Made by a program: the position numbers and the translations under genes. A DNA stretch of 55,434 nucleotides, the filler included, from Sphacelaria rigidula (taxonomy: Eukaryota): assembly GCA_964200075.2 (NCBI GenBank). It is 4 parts of 4 records of this genome, joined end to end, with 100 filler letters (N's around TTAATTAATTAA, not from the genome) between each part and the next. Parts side by side here need not be neighbours in the genome. Positions count along the whole stretch, not along the records: positions 27,776 to 41,555 come from CAXNAA020002670.1; positions 41,656 to 55,434 come from CAXNAA020002671.1; 2 more parts are not named here. One strand, written 5' to 3'. Shown here in pieces: positions 40,301 to 51,600 of the stretch; position 1 is the stretch's first letter, and each line of letters begins with the position of its first letter. Under the pieces are notes generated by a model. That model ran no database searches. It had not been told where the DNA came from and worked only from the letters and a program-made list of their open reading frames with translations.

Positions 40301-40775
40301 CTTTTCTCGGGGAGGTGAAGTTACGTGTCGAGAACAAGACGTGGTGCCAATATCATCTGAGGTAGATAGAAAAATAAAGCAACAAAAGCCCAAAAGAAAA
40401 TACCTAACCCCCATGGAACGTGGCCTACCAAGTACGAGTACTCTTTCCCTGGCCTTGGGTCAATCTTGTTCGATGTGTACTGTTGTGGCCCCGGAACTTC
40501 CATGTGTACCCTACGACGATGGATTTGAGGAATCGGATGCTGCCTGGCCGGAAATAAATAACAAAATAACAAAACAGAACAGAACAGAACAGAACAGAAC
40601 AAAACAAAACAGCAGTACAAAATAACTTTTCCACTACTCAACGTACCTTCAGCCTGAGAGGAGGCGGGTCTCTCGCGAAGACGTAGATGCGGAACGACGG
40701 CACCGTGCGAATGATAGTCCCGCTCCTCGTGTTCGACAGACGGCACTCGTACACACCCTCGAAATCATGGCGGAT
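28907..40775 (-). CDS. Multi-exon MORN-repeat protein with an N-terminal Ig-like segment; partial (start and stop not identified)
   Basis: Exons 40775-40647, 38212-38119, 36893-36798, 35524-35391, 33616-33469, 31380-31256, 30592-30404 and 28993-28907 all have AG acceptors and GT donors (one GC), with matching phases. They join into 1002 nt (334 codons) with no stop and about 7 canonical plus 2 divergent MORN repeats (e.g. [42 protein letters not shown]). Confidence 0.88.
29020..29212. repeat. (ACACAG)n / (AGAC)-rich microsatellite next to the acceptor of MORN exon h
   Basis: Direct reading. Confidence 0.95.
30404..30592 (-). CDS. MORN gene exon g: [63 protein letters not shown]
   Basis: aacag acceptor, gtgttg donor, phase 0/0; three MORN repeats in a frame missing from the ORF track. 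Confidence 0.9.
31256..31380 (-). CDS. MORN gene exon f: [42 protein letters not shown]
   Basis: ttgcag acceptor, gtaagt donor, phase 1/0. Confidence 0.92.
32398..32830. mobile_element. Old diverged foldback element in a MORN gene intron
   Basis: ctgcgtgcaca / tgtgcacgcag, ttcggctc / gagccgaa and agttgtgc / gcacaact are arranged symmetrically around about 32615. Confidence 0.6.
33469..33616 (-). CDS. MORN gene exon e: [49 protein letters not shown]
   Basis: caaag acceptor; GC donor (GAAG/gcgagc), phase 0/1; canonical MORN repeats. Confidence 0.92.
34231..34328. repeat. (TTG)n microsatellite
   Basis: Direct reading. Confidence 0.95.
35391..35524 (-). CDS. MORN gene exon d: [45 protein letters not shown]
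   Basis: tgcag acceptor, gtaacg donor, phase 1/0. Confidence 0.88.
36334..36465 (+). repeat. 93-bp near-perfect hairpin (36334-36426) whose right arm leads into a tRNA-like A/B-box head
   Basis: ttgtggcggtttaagagacaac...gttgtctcttaaaccgccacaa centred on cagcgctg; TAGTCTAGTTGG followed by GGTTCGATTCCC. Confidence 0.7.
36798..36893 (-). CDS. MORN gene exon c: [32 protein letters not shown]
   Basis: cctag acceptor, gtgagc donor, phase 1/1; MORN-like Y-x-DG-x-x-Y-x-G. Confidence 0.82.
38119..38212 (-). CDS. MORN gene exon b: [31 protein letters not shown]
   Basis: acaag acceptor, gtaagc donor, phase 0/1, fits both neighbours. Confidence 0.7.
39205..39300 (+). mobile_element. Possible tiny LINE remnant inside a MORN gene intron
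   Basis: LLYGCAT motif shared with the two LINE copies; otherwise highly degenerate. Confidence 0.3.
40647..40775 (-). CDS. MORN gene exon a: [43 protein letters not shown]
   Basis: caaaag acceptor, gtacgt donor, phase 0/0; G-x-Y-x-C motif resembles an Ig F-strand. Confidence 0.65.
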
Positions 40776-41029
40776 CTTTTGGAGGTGTGCATCGTCGACG
40801 CGCCGGCGGTGTGAGGATCAGCCAGGAGCAAGGCCCAGTTCGTAGAGGGTGGATGGAATCAGCCACTTTCCCCGGGTAGACTACGAGTAGGCGTTTTTGG
40901 CGTCTATTTTTCAGTAATGAACGATCAGACTTGGACTGCACGTGGAGAGTGTAGACTTCGATCTAACAGCAACACACTCCCATGATGGCCTGTTGAAAAC
41001 ACTCCTATCTTTTTACGACACCTACTACC

Positions 41030-41345
41030 AACGACGTTTTTGTGAGATGAGAGTAGAGCGCCGATTGAGAGTGGCGTTGATCATTCGCTCTGACTTGGCG
41101 ATTGTTCATTTCGTGTGTGCTTTGTTTTGCCTCCATCACTGGCGTTTGCTTACAGCTACACGTCGATATCGTACCCAGGAATGTCAAGGGTCTCAGTGGC
41201 GAGCGACTACAGAAAGCACATCGGGCCTCATGGAGGGGCATTTCGGAACTGAAACAATTAATTTACTATTCGACCGCTTTTCACTCTCAATCGTATCCTC
41301 TACTCTCAATCTCACGAAGACATTGTTTACCACGTTTTTACGCTT
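41030..41345. repeat. Dispersed repeat family C (second copy 53630-53930)
   Basis: Shared gagagtagagcg..gattgagagtgg, gcatttcggaactgaaac, ctctcaatcgtatcctctactctcaat. Confidence 0.8.
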
Positions 41346-41555
41346 CGAGCGATAACCTGATGTTGTCTTGGTACTTCCTTGCATTGTGGACGAACCCCCC
41401 CCCACCCCACCCCACCCCAATGGTGAGACACCCATGAGGCAGTGCATAAGCCATGACTGTCTCTGGAAGTGGCGATACCACAGAATAAAGCAACGCATTG
41501 TAAGCTGTCATCCAAATGCAAGATAACCAGTAGGCTTCGGGCCGAACAATCTCAG

Positions 41556-41655
41556 NNNNNNNNNNNNNNNNNNNNNNNNNNNNNNNNNNNNNNNNNNNNT
41601 TAATTAATTAANNNNNNNNNNNNNNNNNNNNNNNNNNNNNNNNNNNNNNNNNNNN
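41556..41655. other. Artificial contig spacer
   Basis: Same linker. Confidence 0.98.
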
Positions 41656-42976
41656 ATTCTGTGGTATCGCCACTTCCAGAGACAGCCACGGCTTTTACAC
41701 TGCCTCATGGGTGTCTATCTGGTTTGGGGGGGGGGTGGCTACGGTAGAAAGTCACATATACTGTTCGTGTTGGATGGAATGCGGCGAATTGCATGTATTA
41801 GTGTGTTCGCAGAGCGTTGATATACGTGCGGGGAGACAGCGCCCAGACAGTTGTTACTGTTTCTGGCTCACCGTTGGTCTGAGATATTTGCGACATTTTA
41901 CCCTCCTCTCCCCTTATCGACACACGACTCGTGACGTGGCCCTGACATACCAAACGGGATGAAGAGCGACAAGGACGACAGATTCGAAGGATTCCCGCAG
42001 AGCACTGCATATTCCAGCAGTGCGCCTATCGACGAACAAACAGGCCGACCGGCACAATGCGAGATCTATATTGCGGCCAGTCGGAGCATTGTCGTTTACG
42101 ACCGCGCTAGAGATATCCATAGCTCCAACAAAATCACACACGTTGAAAGCATGAGCATGGCGCAACGCCACCCGCGCAGTCGAGTTACATCTTCCTACAG
42201 TGCCTGACAGGCTGTCGGCATTGTAAACGCCGTTGACTAGACATACCGGGCGCGATACAGAGGTCCATCGTCCGAGCGTCACTTACTGTGCTGCTCTCGT
42301 TCAAGTTGCTCTATGATAAACCGCACTGCGGAGCGCCTGTGATAAGACGTGGGCCTGCGAAAATCAGGCGGACAAAGTTGCCATCATTTAGGAGCACAGG
42401 GTTGCTCGATTATGAATTGCTCCCCGAAATTAGCTGACGGAAAAAAGCGAGGGCAATCTTGGAACGCCCATAAGCTTACCAATCCATCGTGCCCTAACTA
42501 ACTACCCCCTTTCGTTGGAGACGACTCATTCGCCCAGTGAATGTGGCTGCCCACGGATGAAGTGCGTGTACAGACAGCATACCCCTTGGTACAACTCAGG
42601 CTGTAGACCACTAGCATCTGGGTCATTGGCCGTGATCTTGGTCTAGAGTGGTTTCCTTAGACAAGACTATTCATCGGAACGCCTCTTGTGCTGAGAAACA
42701 AAATTGTGTAGAGAAATGCCTGTTTTAACGATTCAGCACCGAGTTTCGCTGGTATACGAGGCTTGGCGGATTGGCCCCCCTCGGAAATGTGTTCTGCATT
42801 TATTTGAGTGTACTTTTCCGATATTTCGTGTGCTCAGTTTTACCCTCGGCGGACCTATCGATTTCTCAAATGCCCCCTCAAAATGCCGTGTTTTCTGATA
42901 TTTGCACGTGTTTTTTGGGAGAGTGCGAAGGTTTCGTGGTTTGTGTGAGAGTTGTGTCAGAGATTGCTAGTCCGTC

Positions 42977-43115
42977 TGTGTGTGTGTGTGTTGTCGTCCT
43001 ATCTATTCTGGACGCCGGTCTACACCTTTCGGTATATGTGGGCGCACCAGACGGGGGGTCACACAGGAGGAAGGTCAACACAGGAGCTTTTTATTTTTTA
43101 ATTTGTTTCTAGTAC
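42977..43115 (-). mobile_element. SINE 3' fragment
   Basis: Reverse complement of the SINE 3' half, including the (TG)n tail. Confidence 0.8.
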
Positions 43116-43806
43116 TCTGTGTATAGGCCAAACTGGGCGTACGGAAAATCAGCAAAGTGTACTGGAATCCTCTCCGACGATACAGCAAGTCTTTCCGAAG
43201 TGACAAAATCCGTCGGGCGGCGTGCTCCGGCAAAGATCGGCGCTGCACCGCTACAATAGACGTTTTTTATTGAAGAGATTTTCAGTGTCATGGATTTTTC
43301 AATGGACAACACCACGTGGAAACATGTCACATCCTTGAGAAGGTCATGCCCTCACCTCTTGTATCCACGCTGTAGTTTGTTGGAGACAACTACGCGCACG
43401 GGCTGAAAAGTGAGGTGTTCAGGGCACCAAGCCGTAGTTTCGGCAATGATCCTGGGGGCTGCAGCAAAATGCCACATAAGTCCACCTGCGGAAGGCATGC
43501 CACTATCCAAGTGGTACACACGAAGAAAAATATGACCGAGTGTGGCAACTACCGGGGGATCCCACTGGTGGCACATGTTGGTGACGTGCTCCTCAAAATC
43601 GTAGGGAGTGAGCTCCGTGATTTCTGCATCTTCCCGGAGGAGCAATGCGGATTCTGGCGCCGACGATCGACCACCGACATGATGTTCGTTGCACGCCGAC
43701 TACTGGAGCTGGGACGGGCGAGCACTGTCCCAACTAAATTGTGCTTCATCGACATGCAGGTTGCCTAAGATTCTGTAGACCGCACGCTCCTGTGGGAAGT
43801 GCTTGC

Positions 43807-44054
43807 GACACTTTCTACGATAGCCCCCCCCCGAAACCAGCTAAAAGTGTCACGTTAAAAATGGCCATACAGCGCCTGATGTTAGGGTTGAGGCTGCACG
43901 AAGCGCCTCATATTGGCGACATCGGCTAGAACAAACCCAAGCGTGGGAACTCCCAGCTTCTCGTTGTGCTCGACGTTTCCCATTTCGATTTACGTGAAGA
44001 TTTTACCTCCCAAAACCATGCACTTTTTGAGGGGGGGCTATCGTAGAAAGTGTC
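43807..44054. mobile_element. MITE, 248 bp, 24-bp perfect TIRs, 4-bp TSD (TTGC)
   Basis: GACACTTTCTACGATAGCCCCCCC ... GGGGGGGCTATCGTAGAAAGTGTC, with TTGC on both sides; removing it and one TTGC restores the LINE frame EVLAQFGVP. Confidence 0.93.
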
Positions 44055-44688
44055 TTGCCCAGTTCGGAGTCCCTCTGCGAATGATCACGATCATCCGTAT
44101 CTTCACGACGGTATAAGAGCTCCGGTACAGCTGGATGATGACGAACTATGAGCGTGATTCCATGCCTGCCAGGGACATAAACAAGGGTGCGTCTCGTCCC
44201 CGATGTTGTTCAACATCTTCGGCGCAGCCTTGGTCGACGTGACCGTGCGGCGATTCGCAGACTCAGCCATCGCCTCAAACTTGGCATTTCTAGATGATGC
44301 ACCAAAAGGTGACGATGGTCAACTTCCGGGAGAGACGTCGTTAGAGAAGGTACGGCGCGGTGTGGGAAATGCTAAATGCGGATGACGTCGGCATAGGTTT
44401 GAGATCCGCAGACGGGCTTACTAGAATGATGGCCATGGTAGTGGTGGCTTGTCAGGAGTTCGGTCTGACAGTATCAGGGATTGAGATGGAGCCCATGCGC
44501 CTGTGTTCAGTGCCCAGCTCTGAAGAGACCGCCCTGCACATCAGCACGGCCGGTCAACGTTATAAGCGCACGGCCAAGTTTGTCTACCTTGGTGGTGATG
44601 TCAGCGCAGATGCGAAAAATTTCCGTCGAAATCAGCAGTCGCATCAGCGCTGCACGGGCAAGCCTACGTTACGCTCGAACCTACGCTA

Positions 44689-45154
44689 GGCTTTTACTTA
44701 TTATGCTAGCATAATTTCTGGCATAAGACGACCTTGGTAGCATAAGTATCATAGCGTTTCAGCAAGAAACATGAATAGCATAGCGTTTCAGCAAGTAGCA
44801 TGATCGAGCATAAATTCCACATTAGGAGCTTATATCGAGCACAATTTTCCACCTTAGGGGTTGGCACATCGGTCTAAATGCTGGCCTGTTGCAACATTTT
44901 GGGCGAAAACTCTGCTATCATCGACCGCGGGTCTGAAATATGCGTGTGCTCTGGAATTAGTATTTTACTGCTACTGATGACAGTATGAAACTGCCAGTCT
45001 GATAGATCGCGGGTCTGAAAGACGTTTAAGAAAGCATACGACAAAAACCACAAACACGTACACTGTGTAGTCTGTAGTACAGTAGCATGAGCACGATTGT
45101 TGATGAGATTACGAGCGTACCAAAATGACTCTACTAGCATAATAAGTAAGAGTC
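44689..45154. mobile_element. MITE, 466 bp, about 21-bp TIRs, TA flanks (Tc1/mariner-type boundary)
   Basis: TA|GGCTTTTACTTATTATGCTAG ... CTAGCATAATAAGTAAGAGTC|TA (2 mismatches); LINE homology resumes right after it (PNAQLPLKL). Confidence 0.8.
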
Positions 45155-46646
45155 TACCCAACGCCCAGCTACCGTTGAAACTTTGGCTACTTCAAGCGGA
45201 GGTGGTGGAAGCTCAGTTATACGGATGCGATACATGGACGCTGAGTTCCGAGGACTCCAGCAGTCTACGCATTACCCACCACAGGCTTTTGCTGCGAGTC
45301 GTTCGATGCCGCAGGAAAGACCGAACGGCCTACAGTATTCTTTCGTACAGATATGTGCTCGAGATGACCGAATGAGAACGTATCGAGACGTACCACCCGC
45401 CAGCGTCAACTGTGCTTCGCGGGGGCCCTTGCGAGGCAGGAAAAACCACGTCTTCCAAAATGCGTCATGCACGGACGTTGAGCCGCACAAGGGCCCAAGG
45501 AGGCTGGCTGCCCCCCCGAACACTGGGGAATAACTCCGGGAGGGACCTACGTGCGCTGGGAGCCCTTCCATGCAAAGTAGCGCAACGGACATAGCTCGTC
45601 TACGGTGTGGAGGTTAACGACGAACACGATTGGGTCACTACTGCGAAGAACAGGGGCGAAGGAGCTCCATAACACGTGGTGATGTGAAGATAAGCACAAA
45701 TCGGACCTCCGCCGCAAACAAAAAGCTGCTGCGTCCAGAGCTGCTAATCGAAGAGCTACCACCGCTAACGCAAGAACAGCTCGCGAGGAATCCAGCATGG
45801 AAAAAACCGAGACAATGGTCCGCTTCATACCTCACTAGTGATGAATGGGGGGAGCTCGGTTGACAAGGAAATGATCTACCCCTTCCTTTCCTATCTTTTT
45901 GCTGATCTTACCCTCGATTTTGTCCTTGGTCGATGTCTTGCGGTGTTTCGTGGTGTGTGCTTATACCTGCTCTACGGTACTACGTCCTTGAGTTTTATCA
46001 CTCCTTAGTCTCCTCCTCTGTTTGCTCTCTCTGTTCGCTCTCTCTCCTTCTCTCCCCATCTCTCTCCCTAGGGGGGTGCTCTTTCCTCCCGGTGTATAAA
46101 AGTTCCAATTGGCGCCTCACTTCCTTAGGATTCATGGGTGAGAGCTCATACCCAAAATAGTGTGGCCGATTTCGATGAGCCGCAATCTGTCCCCACGGCT
46201 TTATGTTCTTTCCAAGATCGGGTGTGAATGTACGTCCTGTTGCGCAAGACCGTTTCCCGCCGGGAGCCATGATGCCAAGGCGATCATTCCTAGTTTTTTC
46301 TTTGTCCTGTTTGTGTGTGTGTGTTTCTTTTCTGCCTTTACTCTTTGTGCCTGTCCCACTTTCTGTTTTCTGCACTTCCGTTCAGCGAGTTTTCCCGTTA
46401 TGTTTTATCTCGGGTACGTCTATCATGTGTCCACGGCTGGATCCATGGGGGATCAGCTGTTGTGCGATAATCAACAGTCAATGAAAGCCCATGGTCAGGT
46501 ACTCTAGAGTTACACTGTACTGTTTCGTGCTGAAGGTTGACATTTCCGTAGGCAGCATCCTGATGTGATACATATCCAAATTCGAGGTTAGTTTACCGCT
46601 TGAGAGGATGAGAAATCTCTCGGAAATTTATAATTTCGACCAACTA

Positions 46647-46681
46647 TAACCCTAACCCTAACCCTAACCCTAACCCTAACC
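46647..46681 (+). repeat. Interstitial telomere-type repeat (TAACCC) x about 6
   Basis: taaccctaaccctaaccctaaccctaaccctaacc. Confidence 0.9.
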
Positions 46682-47115
46682 GTGGGGAGCATGCATGTGG
46701 AATCTCATTCTCCAGCTCTCAACAGTGGCGTGATAAGTGACGCACACGTGAAACTCTGTCTCGAGAAGATGCTCAGATTTGTCCACAAGGAGCACATGAA
46801 TCACATGTGGTCGATTTCTCCCTCATTTTCAAGAGTGAGGACACCATTCTTCACGCACGTGTATAGGGCATATATTTTCATTATTGACTCCAAACGAGTG
46901 ATTGCAATCTGCAGAAATGAAGAAGAACCAGGTGCAAGATGGTCCTGGCGGAGAAATTTCTCACCCTCCCAAGTGGTAAACTAACCTCCCCCACGAAACG
47001 GCGGAGGTCGCCCATGGTTGGTACCCAAGAATTTCTTGGTTTCAGCGGTTTCTCGGGGTCTCCGTTCCCTCAACGCCGGAGGTCGTACCGTGGACGAACG
47101 GGCGGGGACCAAAAA

Positions 47116-47529
47116 GACCAATTTGTATGGCAACCAATCCGTACTTGTACAAGTATGAGGATTTCAGCCCGTGTAAATCCGATTTTCTCCCGTTGAATGA
47201 TTTTTCGGATCCCAGTCCGTCGGGCAATGTTTTTCGCCTAGCTCTGAGGAAGCCAGATCAATTCTCCGATTCTCTGGGCGCTGACTTTTGGTTCGTCACC
47301 TTCCTGCTAAGATCGGGAGACTCCCGCATCTCCCCCGATTTGGGCCCCAGATTCGGGGGAGATGCGGGAGTCTCTCGATCTGAGCAGAAAGGGGATAAAC
47401 CAAAAGTCAGTGTCCCGAAAATCGGAGAATTGATCTGGTTTCCTCAGAGCTGTAATAGGCGAAAACTCCTCAGAGGGCTGAAATCCTCATATTTGTACAA
47501 ATACGGGTTGGTTGTCATAAAAATTGGTC
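47116..47529. mobile_element. Foldback (long inverted repeat) element
   Basis: Inner palindrome 47231-47465 centred on gggccc; outer arms gaccaatttgtatggcaaccaatccgtacttgtacaagtatgaggatttcagccc and its reverse complement. Confidence 0.85.
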
Positions 47530-48621
47530 CAAGTATCAGTTACAGGCGACCCCTTGCTTTCCTCCAGGAAACCCTGGTTAATCGTCATCGCCTAAGTCTT
47601 GATGGCGTGAGAAATATCTTCCGAGTTTCCCCTCCGTTCCTCCCGCGGATCAGCCTCTATACTCCCATGCATGCTCGAAATCAGGACCACCACTGCTATG
47701 GTATATTGTAGACATTACAGTGGGTATACTTGAATCCTGTACGGTTTCATGTACGTCGTGTGTACATTGTACAGAACGGAGTGGTAATTTTCGCATTGTT
47801 ATTGGGTCGAGGGGTATACTGTAGTGACAAAAAGTGCGGAGCAGCTAGAAGAGGTCGCCGCTCACCTTCGGTCGCCTGGCCCTTGTTAGCTGTACCGGCT
47901 ACATCCGCACCGCTCGCCGCTTGCGACGTATCCTGCGACATTGTTCCAACTTGTCCTAATATTATACTACGATACTAAAACTGTACTGCAGTCTACCCGA
48001 AGCCCGACAAGAGAGCACCACCGCACGAACAGCGCGCTGGTGTCATTATGAAACGCGACCGGGCGACTTGATCGAGATACCCCGCACGACTGGTTCAGAT
48101 ATATGTCCCGTGCCACGTTCAAACACGAGATTTGCTGCAGGATAGCGCTTGTCGAGAACGCAGGAGCAAACCGCCAGAAAACTGCGCTACGAAAGGTTGG
48201 CATTATTATGCCTTGTGCCGACAATGCTATCTTTGTGGCAAGCATAAAACGATGACATCGCAATGATCACCGCGCATCGCGCTACATTCCCAGCACAACA
48301 CGACTGGTCGTGAAAAGAGAGCTACTCAAGGACAAAAATGAACGTTTGCGACGATGAAACCCGCCGCTGCATCATACAAAAGTGACAGTTACATCGGATG
48401 AAACAGTTCCGATAAGAGGTTAACCACCCGGAATGGTCCTCGAACCGGAGCGGACTACTCGTACCGTTTGTCCATAAGTCGTACTCTGGTTTCTAATTAA
48501 TCTTGTATGTCATATTCCTATGGCGTGATGAGACAGAGCGGAGAGATACTCCCCTCAGTTTTCCGGTACATTGAAGCGAGGCGAATACGGCTGAAGGAGG
48601 TTGCCGAAGTAACCGTGTGAA

Positions 48622-51600
48622 ATGAAAACGGCGCAGATCCTGCCGCTGACGCTACTCGCTGGGGTCGCAGTGACTGTAACACACGGGTGTCATCTACGTG
48701 GCGACATTAATAAGTTGAACCCCCACAACAAGAATGTTGATCTCAACGAACCTCTAAGAAAAAATGGACTCACCTTTAACGCAAGGGTGCCACAAGACCT
48801 GCAAGGGTTGCCCGCAGTTCCCGCCCGCGGGTCTGGCGCCCTCACGGCACAGGCTCAGGTGTACAGGGGGGTGACCAAGAACGTGGATGCTAACGGACAC
48901 CAGAACCCCGCAAGCGCTGCGAGAGATAAGAAAAGAGCGGTCAAGATCGAGACCCCTGAAGAGATTGTTCGGCACCGTGAGGCTGCGTTATTGCTGTCAC
49001 GAGACTGCGCCGATGAAATGGAGAAGTACGTGTGTAAGATTGGGTTCATGCCTGCGAGGTGCCTGAGGAAACACCCTCTGTCGGACCGTTGCGGGAAGGC
49101 TCTGGTATCGTGGTGAGTTGAATGGAGTAGGGGTGTAGATGCTGTTCTGTAGGGTTGTTTAGGTTGTGCTTTTTGTCGAAATACTCTAGTACTCAATCGT
49201 ACCATTTGTCTTGTGTTCATCCCAAAAAAGTCTGCGTTCAGTTCAAGATGGCAAACTGAAAAACTTTTCGCCACACCGCTCCAATATGCATTCCTCCCTC
49301 GCAGTAGTGCTAGATTATCGGTAGGTATCGCGACGAGGGGTTCACCGAAAGGCCTCTATACCCTCAACTCCTACAGTTGCTCCTTTTCAGGTGGCATGTC
49401 TTGTGCAAATGTCCTTTCATTTCATGTTTGCGAGGCATCTACGCGGATTTCAATATCACGGGGACGGCGACACCGTCCTCGTCAGAAACTGTGACTGCAA
49501 CTCTTCGAGTCCATCATAGTCCCAGGCGGCTCAACAATAAAAGCAGTTCTTGCCATGCCATAAAGAGCTCGAGAAGCACAGAAGAGTATTCACCTCATCT
49601 ACCGGAGCGTTTGGAGTACTAAAGTGACGTGCAATAAAATATCTGATGGAGATGAAGAAAGGCAGTACTCACGTACGTGCTCAGCCGCTTCAAGTAGTAT
49701 GCCATGTGGTAGCGGGGAAAGGATGAGGAGCGCATCGACAGCTGTGCATAAGATGCGCATACAAGGCTAGCACCCTTGACATTGCAAAATTACATCTGTA
49801 TTACAGACAGTGGTGGTTCGTCCCATTATTATTATCGAGCAAAGTACGAAGCCTATTTGTCCGATTTTTATTCGTTCCGGACTGTCTGTACGTGATACCT
49901 CATTCCATTTCACTTTACTCCGAAGCAACGGATGACCCACCCTGGAGTAGACACGTGCTCCATGTTCTCTTCAACACCGGACGGGTGCTGAACAGACGGC
50001 ACGGCGCACAAGGCGGCACTGATGGGCTCAACACAACTAACGAACAGAAAAACAAAAATGCAGTCGTGATATTTGTTCCGGTACACGACGCGTTATCCGC
50101 CTTGGGTTCACTGTGCCGCTGGCTGTGGCACAAAGCCGCAGCTCCGTTCCCTCCATAAATTCTCGGCGTGCAATTATACACGGGTGAGAAGCAAGCAAGT
50201 ATAAAGTTATGAGCTTTTACACTTGGAATTATCAGTGTAGAGCAGTTTATTTATTTTCGAGCTGGCGATGGGAGGTCACGCAGACGAAATGCACGCCCGA
50301 CAGTGAAAAGCGACTACATAGTGCGTACACAAAATTCCAAGTTTGTGCCCTGTAGGGTACAGTTTTCTGTATACCCAGGGTATTTTCCGTAGTATTTTAC
50401 CGTATCCGACAGTTCTGTGAAAATACCCCGACAGTTGTGTAATCTCTGGAAGACTTTCATACCCTTAGCTGATAGTTGTGTGAGTTCTGTACAACCTCCA
50501 TGCTCTTCTCGACAATAACTGTGAGGTCTTCGAGCCTCCCATAACCCCACCCCAACAGTTCGGTGAGTTCTGTACAGTATGTTCACCCGTACCCGGAGCG
50601 CGGGTATACTCTTGAAGAAATACCCGATTGCCAGTACGTTTTTTCTGTAATCCTCCCGTACCGTACCCGACAGTTCTGTGACCTCTGTCGGCCTTCCATA
50701 CCCCTACCCAGGGTTAGGGTATACCCTTGTAGATATACCCGATTTCAGGTACGAACACAAGTACATACCTTGGGGAATTATGGAGATAGGTTCAATCCAA
50801 GCACAACCTTGGATCTCAACATGTACCTCCCATCGACCATCCCACACTACTCCTTCATTCAACACTACACACCAACAATAATTCAATGTTGGAAAGTTCT
50901 CGAGTTTGACATCTGACGGGATACGAAGTACTGCTGAGTGGAAACACGAAACAAGAACAGCACTGCAGACAGTCAGGACGGATCCCCCCCCGACTCGAGT
51001 GGTGGCTCGAGCGGGGGCGGTTCATCTGCGCGACCAGGGGATCAAGCAGCAAGACGCACGTCATCGACGTTGATGGTTCTGTCGCAGTCATCAAACCCCA
51101 GGCCGTTATCGGCATGCACAGCAAAGAGTATGACGCCACCGGAAGCAAAGGCCATCGACGATTGTGTCGTGCCGAAGGGCTTCCAGAGCGTGCAGCCGTG
51201 AATTCTCCTTCATGTACTTCCTGTGAGTGTTGGTGTGGTCTTTCTTCATAAACCCCGTGAAGTCGTGTTCTGTAGGGTACGTTTTTCTGTATATCCGGGG
51301 TATTTTGCGGGTATTTACCCTACCCTAGAGTTCTTTGACTGCTGCAAGACTTTCATACCGGTACCCGACAGTTTTGTAAACTGTGTTAGACATTCATTTA
51401 GGTACCCGACAGTTCTGTAAACTCTGTGGGACCTTCATACCCGTGCCCCATAGTTGTGTAAGTTCTGTAAGCCTCCCGTATCGTTACCGGGGGGCACGGG
51501 TATGCTCTTGATGAGATACCCGGTTGCGGGCACGGTTTTCTGCGCAACCTCCATACCCTGCCCGACAATTTCTGTGAGGTCGTTTAAGCTTCCCATACCC

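Larger units (their letters stand above)
43475..46040 (+). mobile_element. Decayed RTE-like non-LTR retrotransposon (RT domain, C-terminal region, 3' UTR), interrupted by two MITEs
   Basis: RT motifs ECGNYRGIPL, PEEQCGF..RSTTDMMF, LCFIDMQVA*DSVDR, QGCVSSPMLFNIF, LNADDV (YADD equivalent), KFVYLGG, EAQLYGCDTWTL; several stops and frameshifts. Confidence 0.92.

Noticed and set aside
40404-40539. Extra candidate exon for the MORN gene
   Set aside because: It ends in phase 1, incompatible with the phase-0 start of exon 38212; exons a and b already join cleanly.
40647-40880. Longer exon a with an in-frame TGA (selenocysteine idea)
   Set aside because: An acceptor at 40776 avoids the stop, and there is no SECIS evidence.
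41395-41740. Inverted repeat of about 90 bp on both sides of the third spacer, suggesting one TIR element spanning the gap
   Set aside because: The contigs appear joined by size only, so both probably just end in the same high-copy repeat; adjacency cannot be claimed.
44965-45010. Minimal hammerhead-like CTGATGA-cagtat-GAAACTGCCAGTC inside the MITE
   Set aside because: The stem II closing bases (C/T) do not pair and stem I is at most 2 bp.
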